A stretch of DNA of 64,000 nucleotides from a virus. This document shows positions 38,106-45,591 of the stretch, piece after piece; positions within the stretch are counted from its first letter, which is position 1; each line of letters starts with the position of its first letter. A model generated the notes under the pieces. That model was not told where the DNA came from and did no database searches. It worked only from the letters and a program-made list of their open reading frames with translations. The DNA lies in the IMG/VR virus record IMGVR_UViG_2935901341_000001, positions 7,424 to 71,423 of that record; one strand, given 5' to 3'. Both the position numbers and the translations under genes were made by a program.

Positions 38106-38321
38106 TGTAGAGAGGCGCTTGATAGCGCCTCTACTAGGTTAAGATATAAATATTCCGCGCGTGCGTGCGCGAGGCCGGTGCCGATTTTCCGCGCTTTTTC
38201 CGCGATCCTTCCGCAGGTCGATTTCCACACCCCTTATAGAGTAATGCAACCGGCAGCGTGAAAAGCCGATTTTCCGCATTTCTTCCGCACATATTCCGCG
38301 ATCCTTCCGCGAAACTTCCGC
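38106..38321 (+). repeat. Hairpin + TATAAATATT + CG-alternating tract + 8 TTCCGC repeats in two 11-bp-phased arrays
   Basis: TTCCGC at 38187, 38198, 38209 and at 38272, 38283, 38294, 38305, 38316. Confidence 0.85.
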
Positions 38322-38572
38322 AGACGCGGGGCCGGAAAGCAGGCCGTGGTTCAACCTGCGATCATTCCCCAAAAAATATTTTCGAGATGCGGTGATTTGG
38401 GCAGCTGAACGGCCGGATGACGCCCGAAAACGCGCACCAGGGCGAATCACTTTCGCACCGTCAAAGCCGTAATGAATGCGGTTTTCCGAGCGTGGCGACG
38501 TCAAAACGAAAATTAAATCGGTTTCAAAACAAAGCCTTAGCGTTTTCGCATTCGATTTACGAGAAAACCGCA

Positions 38573-38600
38573 TTGCATAACGAAATGAATTCGATATTCT
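38573..38600 (+). promoter_or_regulatory. Probable early promoter for the 39.2-53.3 kb block
   Basis: TTGCAT-N16-TATTCT, the same 16-bp geometry as the PR- and PL-like promoters. Confidence 0.5.
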
Positions 38601-38606
38601 CCAAAT

Positions 38607-39190
38607 CACCGAAGCGAAAACGAAATCACTTCGGGATTGCGAGACGGCCTTTTCCTCCCGCAATGTTTTTTGAAAAGCTGGCGAACGGTCTGGTTATCAG
38701 CCGCAAGGTTTGGGCGACAAACTCGCGAAAGCGGGCAAAGCCTCGATTGAACGGAAGGTTTCCCGGCCCTCGCATATCAGCGTTATAGGGCGACCCAATG
38801 CTAAGGCATTACCGGCATGACAAAGCCGGGTTTGGGGAAGGACGCGCGACAAGCGGGAGGGTGCAAGCCCCTCATGCGGACTGAAATGACTTGTCTCTGT
38901 GAAGGTTCCGACCGAAGCGACCCTGATGCGAAGCGAAAGCCGAGTGTGTCAGATCATCGTTAGGCGGCGGGAAGATAGCAGGCAACCCAGATAACCGCGT
39001 TCGCAGACTGGGCAAGAGCTGCACCCCACAACCGATAACAGGCACGGGTTCCCCTAGCACAAGATCACAACGGAAAATCTGAAGGGCAAGCAACCACTTG
39101 CCCCTCTTGCCACATGCAAGGAAAGCGCCGCCGCAAGGCTGGCGCTTTCCCGGCATTTGGCCGTCAACCGCCCCTGCGCGAGGGGCTTTC
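38607..39190 (+). ncRNA. Large structured untranslated RNA / leader
   Basis: More than 10 consecutive hairpins, four with GNRA tetraloops; no convincing ORF. Confidence 0.55.
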
Positions 39191-39208
39191 AATCAGGAGA
39201 ATACGACA

Positions 39209-39811
39209 ATGGCACAGTTTGCAATCATCACCGGCAAGGCACTCAAGAACGCTATCGCTGGCCGCGGCGCTCAGATCGCCACGTTCACGCAGCGCGAGCA
39301 CCAGCTCGCCGTTTCGGCGCTGGCACACCTCGGCGAACACAACGACGTCATCTATGTCCAGGCGCTCTATGACATGAGCCCGGCCAACTACCAGCGCGGA
39401 CTGCGCCTGTGGTTCCTCGAATTCGGCAAGTGCACGTTCAAGGCCAACGAATCCGGCAAGGGTGGCGTGTTCATCTATGCCAAGAGCAAGGCCAGCGATG
39501 TCGAGGGCGCGATGAAGGTCGCACCGGCGAATTTCGAGAAGGAAGCCAAGGAGTCGACCACGGAAGCCAAGGCTTTCAGCGTCACCGACTATCTCGCCAA
39601 GGTCGTCGAGAAGCTGATGAAGGAAGGCGCCGACGTGCGTGTCATCCGCGCCATCGAAGGTGCGCAGAAGGTCGCCGCTGGCCCGGTCGTGGTCGTCCGC
39701 AACCAGAAGCCCCTGCCGACGGCGGCCGAAAAGAAGGCCGCAGCGCCGAAGAAGGCCGCCAAGAAGGCCGATCCGATGCAGGCACCTGCCGCCAACGGCA
39801 TCGCCGCCTAA
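39209..39811 (+). CDS. Early phage protein resembling conserved early ORFs of lytic podoviruses; Lys/Ala-rich tail
   Basis: AGGAG RBS; AIAGRG...HQLAVSAL.HLGEHND...L.LWF..FG pattern recalled from PHA01782-like proteins (not searched). Confidence 0.65.
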   Translation: MAQFAIITGKALKNAIAGRGAQIATFTQREHQLAVSALAHLGEHNDVIYVQALYDMSPANYQRGLRLWFLEFGKCTFKANESGKGGVFIYAKSKASDVEGAMKVAPANFEKEAKESTTEAKAFSVTDYLAKVVEKLMKEGADVRVIRAIEGAQKVAAGPVVVVRNQKPLPTAAEKKAAAPKKAAKKADPMQAPAANGIAA

Positions 39812-39864
39812 CCGCGAGGCTCGGCCCGGGTCGCCGGGCCATCCTCCCAACATAGGGATATCGT

Positions 39865-40101
39865 ATGTCCATCGCCTTTGATACACTCGGCTATGCGAAA
39901 CGCCTGCGCGATGCGGGCATGAATCAGAAGACGGCGGAAGCTCACGCGGAAGCCGCGCGGGATTTCATCATGGCTGAGCTCGTCACGAAAACGGATCTCG
40001 CCGCAGCGCTCGACACTCTCACGCTGCGGCTGACCACCCGCCTTGGCGGCATCATGGTAGCCGGCGTCGGCGCGCTGGCGCTGATCATCAAGCTGACCTA
40101 G
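39865..40101 (+). CDS. DUF1640/CCDC90-like protein
   Basis: FDTLGYAKRLRDAG...QAE-like...LVTKTDL plus C-terminal TM. Confidence 0.8.
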   Translation: MSIAFDTLGYAKRLRDAGMNQKTAEAHAEAARDFIMAELVTKTDLAAALDTLTLRLTTRLGGIMVAGVGALALIIKLT

Positions 40102-40126
40102 TCACCCACACCATAATTCAGACGCT

Positions 40127-40156
40127 GCAAGCCCGGCCATCGTGCCGGGCTTTTGC
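40127..40156 (+). terminator. Intrinsic terminator in the early block
   Basis: GCCCGGC-CATCGT-GCCGGGC-TTTT. Confidence 0.65.
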
Positions 40157-40182
40157 GTTTCCAGCCATAAGGAACCGGACTA

Positions 40183-41064
40183 ATGAATATGATCTATGCC
40201 CCGAATACGGCCCGCTTCGACCACACGGCGCGCGCGATGACCGAAGACGAGATGCGCCGCGTTGCGCCGTCCATCTTCGCGGTCGAGGCTCACGAAAGCC
40301 GCTCCGAGCGGTTCCAGCCCATCCCCACGATTGAAGTACTCCGCGGCCTCATGCGCGAAGGCTTTATGCCAGTTGGCGCACGGCAGGCACGCACTCGTGA
40401 CGAAGGCCGAAAGGATTTCACTAAGCATATGATCAGAATGCGGCGCCTCGACGATGGCAAGGATTACAGCGTCGGCGACACTGTATTCGAGATCATTCTG
40501 AAGAACGCCAACGACGGTACGGCCGCCTATGACCTCATGGCGGGCCTCTTCCGCATCGTCTGCAAGAATTCGCTGGTCAGCCAGACCGGCACCTTGGACA
40601 GCTTGAAGGTGCGCCACAGCGGCACCCCTGAAGGCGTCCAAGGGAAAGTGATCGAAGGCACCTACGAAGTGCTGCGCAATGCCGAGGCGGCGCTTGCCGC
40701 GCCCTCCGACTGGAGCGGCCTGCAGCTCGACAAGGACGAAAAAATGATTCTTGCCGAAGCCGCGCATGTGCTTCGGTTTGACGATCAGGATGGCAACCTT
40801 GCGAAAGCGATTGATCCGGCGCGGTTCCTGACAACGAAGCGCGTAGCCGATCGCGGAAACGATCTCTGGACCCAGTTCAACGTCGTCCAGGAAAACGTCA
40901 TTCGCGGTGGTCTGCACGGCACCGTGAGTGACGATCAGGGCCGCCGCCGCAACGTTTCCACGCGCGCTGTCAAAGGCATTGACCAAGACGTCAAGCTCAA
41001 CAAAGCGCTCTGGCTGGTCGCAAGCCGTATGGCCGAGCTCAAGGGCGTAGCAGCCGACGCCTGA
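40183..41064 (+). CDS. DUF932/DUF945 family protein
   Basis: HESRSERFQPIPT, FTKHMIR, NANDGTAAY, GLFRIVCKN, DLWTQFNVVQEN, IDQDVKLNKALW. Confidence 0.9.
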   Translation: MNMIYAPNTARFDHTARAMTEDEMRRVAPSIFAVEAHESRSERFQPIPTIEVLRGLMREGFMPVGARQARTRDEGRKDFTKHMIRMRRLDDGKDYSVGDTVFEIILKNANDGTAAYDLMAGLFRIVCKNSLVSQTGTLDSLKVRHSGTPEGVQGKVIEGTYEVLRNAEAALAAPSDWSGLQLDKDEKMILAEAAHVLRFDDQDGNLAKAIDPARFLTTKRVADRGNDLWTQFNVVQENVIRGGLHGTVSDDQGRRRNVSTRAVKGIDQDVKLNKALWLVASRMAELKGVAADA

Positions 41065-41237
41065 CTCGGCATCTCGATTTCCGAAAACTCCCATGGACGG
41101 GGCTGGCCTCATCATCCGCCAAGCCGCGTGGGGACTCGTCGCCGGGCGAGGGAAAAACAAACCGGGCACCACGAGGCTAGCGCGCCGGGCGCGTGGTGGC
41201 ACCCTTATCAAGTGGCGCAATGGTGGTCATGTCCACC

Positions 41238-41266
41238 CTGTCCTGAGCATGACGGTAAAGGGCTCA
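41238..41266 (+). other. Compact H-type pseudoknot upstream of the acidic ORF
   Basis: Stem 1 CTGTC/GACGG; loop TGAGC pairs with downstream GCTCA across a TAAAGG linker. Confidence 0.4.
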
Positions 41267-41294
41267 CCCCACGACCAACAACGAAAGGATAGCT

Positions 41295-41528
41295 ATGGCC
41301 GACATCGAAACGGTCAAGGAAATCGCTTGTGATGATGGAGTGTCGTTCGATTACGACGAACTAGGCGAAAAGCTCGACGAGCTTGCATCCGAAGCGGTCG
41401 ATGACCCCTTTCCCTCTGTCTACGTTCGTCATCAGGGCCTTCTTTTCAGCCCCACAAAGGCGACGCTCTACAAGTCCACGGATGATGATGGCGACGTCAC
41501 TTGGGAAATCATTCTCGACGTCGAATAA
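41295..41528 (+). CDS. Small highly acidic protein
   Basis: GAAAGGA RBS; 21 D/E versus 5 K/R in 77 aa. Confidence 0.75.
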   Translation: MADIETVKEIACDDGVSFDYDELGEKLDELASEAVDDPFPSVYVRHQGLLFSPTKATLYKSTDDDGDVTWEIILDVE

Positions 41529-41591
41529 TCCGCACACGATAGCCCGGCCTCGCGCCGGGCCTTTGCTTTCCACCTTTTTGGAGAAACGGCA

Positions 41592-41777
41592 ATGCCAAGC
41601 CAGCATTCCAGTCGCATGCGCATGCCCGCCGATTGGGAAACAGCCCGCCAGCGCCAGCAGCGCCAGGCCGCCGACGAACTGGCGGCATATCTCGACAAGG
41701 CCGCGCTGATGCGTGCCCGCATCGCCTCCGCAAGAATTCTCATCTCCGAACCGGTCACCCCCTCAGCCGGTCGGTGA
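41592..41777 (+). CDS. Small hypothetical protein
   Basis: GGAG RBS; 61 aa. Confidence 0.6.
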   Translation: MPSQHSSRMRMPADWETARQRQQRQAADELAAYLDKAALMRARIASARILISEPVTPSAGR

Positions 41778-41848
41778 GCGCAAGCAATCCCCCATGTCGC
41801 TTGCGCGGCCGCACGTTCCCTGCCCTGGACGTGCGGCCTTCCGGCGAC

Positions 41849-42127
41849 ATGAAACGAGGCCTTCCAAAATCCAAGCTTTCACCCGCCCAGCGGCGCAAAG
41901 CCGCTATCACTCGCGCGTTCCCCGGTTGGTACCTCACCGACGGCCAGACGTGTGCGGCCGCGCACATCACTGCTGCGTTTCGCTCGATTGCCGAGCTCTC
42001 GACGATCCGCGCCTACCTCGCACGCGGAAAGCTCTCTGAAAAAGAGGGCGAGATTTACACGCAAACCGCCGTCCGCTCCGCGAGGTTCAACCTCGCGATC
42101 GGCCGGGACCCCTCACCTCTTCCCTGA
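41849..42127 (+). CDS. Small basic hypothetical protein
   Basis: ATG 41849; in operon orientation. Confidence 0.5.
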   Translation: MKRGLPKSKLSPAQRRKAAITRAFPGWYLTDGQTCAAAHITAAFRSIAELSTIRAYLARGKLSEKEGEIYTQTAVRSARFNLAIGRDPSPLP

Positions 42128-42142
42128 AAGGATCCTGCACGC

Positions 42143-42238
42143 ATGAGCTTCCAGGACATCGCGGCGTTTTTCGCCATCGGCCTTTTCACTATCGCAGTTT
42201 CAGAATGGGCGCCGGTCATCGCGGCGCTCGCCCACTAA
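42143..42238 (+). CDS. 31-aa hydrophobic peptide (absent from the ORF track)
   Basis: GAAAGGA RBS; MSFQDIAAFFAIGLFTIAVSEWAPVIAALAH. Confidence 0.55.
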   Translation: MSFQDIAAFFAIGLFTIAVSEWAPVIAALAH

Positions 42239-42254
42239 TCGAGGAAATCCGAAC

Positions 42255-42578
42255 ATGATCAACAGACAGCGCGCCGCCAGCGTGGACAACTTCGTACGCC
42301 AGTTCGCCGCCGAGCGCGAACATGAGGGCGTCGAAAAGATCGCCGCCGAGATGATCGGCGGAATTCTGCATTGGGTAATGCGCAATGCCGAGATGGCGGG
42401 TGACGACGGTCGCAAGCCCGCCCTCGCTGTCGCCCGTGTCGGCCTGTCGTCGTTCATTAGCGACGTGCACCGCATCGAGGGCGTGCCGAAGGCGCCTGAG
42501 TGCTACACGCTCATCACCGTCCGCACACGAGAGGGACTTTGGGTCTCTGAGACCGGATTTGAGGAACTTATTCAATAG
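42255..42578 (+). CDS. Hypothetical protein
   Basis: GAGG RBS; 107 aa. Confidence 0.65.
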   Translation: MINRQRAASVDNFVRQFAAEREHEGVEKIAAEMIGGILHWVMRNAEMAGDDGRKPALAVARVGLSSFISDVHRIEGVPKAPECYTLITVRTREGLWVSETGFEELIQ

Positions 42579-42783
42579 CTTCGATCAAATCTAGGACACC
42601 AGCTCAATGGTCCAGCATAAGATTTCAACCGCAAATGCCTCTAGTGCTGTCGCAACCAGAACTCATCATTTACTCACCACAAAGAGCTAATTGCGCGCCT
42701 GCCGTGTTGGTGTACCTTCGAGGATGAGTTGCAAGTGTGCAACGGTATGCGACTTGGATGCGAACCAGTGAGGGGGGCTGATT

Positions 42784-43845
42784 ATGTTTAAGTTAACTTT
42801 GTTGCTCGTCGGCGCGGTTATGATCGCAGAAGGAGCCCAGGCTCGTATTTCCTGCGGTGAAGTATACGCTAACAGTGTCCGCAACATATCAATTGAGAGT
42901 AGATTGGCGATCGAGAAAGATTTTCTCTTTAATCGGCATTGCTCGGCGAGTGGTGAAATATCTCAGTCGAGCTCCGGGTTCGATTTCACTGCAACGGTAA
43001 AGGCAGTCGACATCGGCTTTGGCGGTACTCAGAGCGATGCTCGCCAGTGGATGGAATCATTCTGCAAGGAGCATCTCCAAACGAGGGACCGTCAGGACGA
43101 ACTGTTCAGGTTTGACAACACGGTCGTGGTTGACGCCTTGAAATCGTTCAACGAATGTCGAGCGCTCGAGATCAATGAGACGTACATCACTCACGTGCTC
43201 GTCGAACCCCGTGCGGCGATCCTGACGGTGGACTTCAATCGAGACACAACGAACCTACGCTTCCGTGGAATTACTTACGACACCAACGTGGCGGAGTGCT
43301 GGACAACTGGCCTCACCGAAAGTGGTGATACTCTCGTTCTAAACAATACGACACAAGAGTTTGAGGTGAAACGATCCTTCTCTGTGATATGTGAGCGCAA
43401 GGGCACTCCAACCAACGCGGGCTCTACGAAATTCGAGCGCTTCGTCATCGGCCTCGACACCAATCACGGCCCATATACCGTGACGATGCCGCTAGAGGAA
43501 TTGGCCGGGTTCGACCTCGGGAGCGAGTACAAGCGGAACGTCCTGGCGTTATCTGCAGAGATTCAGCAGTTGCAGTCCGACAAGGCTGGTCTCGCCGGCG
43601 CAGTTAACTCCCTAGAGCAGCGGATAGCGAATGCGTCGGCAGAGTTGCATTTGGTCCGGCAAGGGCAGTATGCCCCGGGAGGATATTGGGAGCACGTCGT
43701 TTGCCCTCAAGATGGCGGAGACCTAAATGCCCACATGCAACGCATCTGCGGAATAAGAAAACCACAATCGAGGCACCTCGATACCCAAGGCGGAAATCGA
43801 TGTGGGTACAGCTTCTATGCCTATGCCTGCGTGAACACCAATTGA
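42784..43845 (+). CDS. Secreted Cys-containing protein with coiled coil (cargo)
   Basis: Signal peptide ending AQA; paired Cys; coiled coil then Cys-rich C-terminal domain; DNA less GC-biased than its flanks. Confidence 0.8.
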   Translation: MFKLTLLLVGAVMIAEGAQARISCGEVYANSVRNISIESRLAIEKDFLFNRHCSASGEISQSSSGFDFTATVKAVDIGFGGTQSDARQWMESFCKEHLQTRDRQDELFRFDNTVVVDALKSFNECRALEINETYITHVLVEPRAAILTVDFNRDTTNLRFRGITYDTNVAECWTTGLTESGDTLVLNNTTQEFEVKRSFSVICERKGTPTNAGSTKFERFVIGLDTNHGPYTVTMPLEELAGFDLGSEYKRNVLALSAEIQQLQSDKAGLAGAVNSLEQRIANASAELHLVRQGQYAPGGYWEHVVCPQDGGDLNAHMQRICGIRKPQSRHLDTQGGNRCGYSFYAYACVNTN

Positions 43846-43925
43846 TCCGAGACTGTGCCAACAGCCATTGGCGAGGCGATAAGCCTCGCCTCTTGAGCTC
43901 ATCTCGATCATGCCCTGTGAAAGCA

Positions 43926-45167
43926 CTACGTCTCAGCATCCGAGGGTTCCGGCTTTTTCCGCGAGATCTTGGGGACCAACTCTTTACCGTGATCCACCAA
44001 TTTTTGAACCAAACTACCTTCAAGAAATTCGTGAATGGGGCTGCCCGGTGTCGGCTTATCAAGCAGCCGCAGAGGCGGTTCGTCCAAGCGTTTGAGAGCC
44101 GATGAGAACAGTGATTGCGCGAAATCGCCGCTCAGGTCGCGAGCCTCACGTCGATACCCCTCGTAGGCTTTTGAAACCGATGCCTTGAAAGCATAATCCT
44201 CGGCAAGTCTGAAGCGTTGACCGATCTGCTTAGTCGACAGCCATGCGAACCAGATCGGCGCTCCCACGCTCAATACCGACAGAGCAACTTGAGTCCAGAC
44301 GCGTGTGGGATCGAAAGCCGTTGCGGCGAATGTATCCCGCATGTCCTCCAGTCTGACCCACCCAATGACCAAAAGCGTGACTAGTGAAAGAGCAAGGCCG
44401 CCGACCCAGACGTAGACAGACGAATTAAGCTTCCGTGCTCGCTCGTCGAACGCAGCTGCCAAGCCGATTGTCGTGGTGACTCGGTATGCCTCAGCTGCTT
44501 TAGCGAGCAACTCGGCACTTTCGTCTGCTAAACGACGGCTCGTCGCGACGTGTTCGACTGCCGTTCGATGAAGCTCGTCTATCTTTCCTACCATCTGCGC
44601 GGATGCAGATGATGCCTCCCTGACTTCGGCCTGGGTGGCACGCAGTTCCTGGAGTGTTGACGGCAAAGCTTCGGCAGCTTCAGTTGCGTCCGAGATGAGG
44701 CGCAGGTTTTTTTCGAGCTTGTCCTTGTCTGGCGTCAGAAGATCGATCTCACGCTGGACCTGATGCAGGCGCCGAACGAGAGCGGATGGAAGCGCGTTCT
44801 TCTCCGGACGCTTCCAAACCAGCAGTGTGGAAAGCTCCGCGGAAAGCGCACTCATAGTAATCGCGATAGCCTGCAACCCAGCTGGAATGTTGCCAGGTAA
44901 ATTGGGCAACACGGAAGCGCTGATGAATTCGACGGTCTTGGCAACATCGATCAGAATTGCTTCGAACTCTTCGTCTTCCCCTTCCGATTTGGCAGACTCA
45001 ATAACATTCTTGATCGACTGCGCCATCCAAGCCACGTGGCTGGGAGAGATCGCTGGAAATGTCCATCCCTGCGAAGGGTTCAAAAGTTCGCCCGGCTGAG
45101 GAAGGGCCTCAAGGGCATCATAAATCTTGCCCAAACCACTGGATGCAGTCTCAAAATCGCTCGCCAT
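43926..45167 (-). CDS. Coiled-coil protein with two C-terminal TM segments (cargo)
   Basis: Long heptad region, two TM, RLAEDYAFKASVSKAYEGYRREA motif. Confidence 0.8.
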   Translation of the reverse strand: MASDFETASSGLGKIYDALEALPQPGELLNPSQGWTFPAISPSHVAWMAQSIKNVIESAKSEGEDEEFEAILIDVAKTVEFISASVLPNLPGNIPAGLQAIAITMSALSAELSTLLVWKRPEKNALPSALVRRLHQVQREIDLLTPDKDKLEKNLRLISDATEAAEALPSTLQELRATQAEVREASSASAQMVGKIDELHRTAVEHVATSRRLADESAELLAKAAEAYRVTTTIGLAAAFDERARKLNSSVYVWVGGLALSLVTLLVIGWVRLEDMRDTFAATAFDPTRVWTQVALSVLSVGAPIWFAWLSTKQIGQRFRLAEDYAFKASVSKAYEGYRREARDLSGDFAQSLFSSALKRLDEPPLRLLDKPTPGSPIHEFLEGSLVQKLVDHGKELVPKISRKKPEPSDAET

Positions 45168-45324
45168 TCACATCCCCCACCCTTTGGTCCTGCATCAATA
45201 ATTCGCTGCGGGCCAAACCGACAAGCGAAATTTCTTCGACACGCAACCGATCGCCATGCAGAGACGGACAAAATGAGCAACAGCAGCCGCCTTCGGGCGG
45301 CTTTTTCTTTGGGAGAATGACGGC

Positions 45325-45591
45325 ATGATCGAAATCCTCATCGGGCTTTTTGTCGGCGGCACCATTGGCGTTTTCGCCATGTCGTCCGGCCGGGCAAGCG
45401 CTGAACAGCCCGGAAACCCGCTCGCCCCATTGGTCGAGGAGATGCTCACCACACTGCGTTTCAACCTCCTCCTTCTGAAAGAGGAGTTGAAGAACAGGCG
45501 CTTCTCTGGCGTGGCCGAATACATCGCGCCTGTCCAGTCGGCGGTGGATCGCACCGAGCAAATAATCGCAACAGCAGAGGAATGGACATGA
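45325..45591 (+). CDS. Small protein with N-terminal TM
   Basis: MIEILIGLFVGGTIGVFAM; overlaps the ATPase start. Confidence 0.65.
   Translation: MIEILIGLFVGGTIGVFAMSSGRASAEQPGNPLAPLVEEMLTTLRFNLLLLKEELKNRRFSGVAEYIAPVQSAVDRTEQIIATAEEWT

Noticed and set aside
38187-38321. Possible CRISPR array or VNTR
   Set aside because: The repeat unit is only 6 bp with 5-bp spacers and there are no cas genes; reported as iteron-like instead.
38513-38527. CtrA box-like TTAA-N7-TCAA (also TTAG-N7-TTAA at 8215-8229)
   Set aside because: One mismatch each in AT-rich DNA; expected by chance.
38716-38745. Resemblance to the c-di-GMP-I riboswitch (GACAAA-stem-GAAA-stem-GCAAAGCC)
   Set aside because: Lacks the GACGC/GGCGC junction and a recognisable P3/P1; treated as part of the larger structured leader.
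38921-38945. CTGATG...GAAA, hammerhead-like
   Set aside because: Core reads CUGAUGC rather than CUGAUGA and stems I/III cannot be closed.
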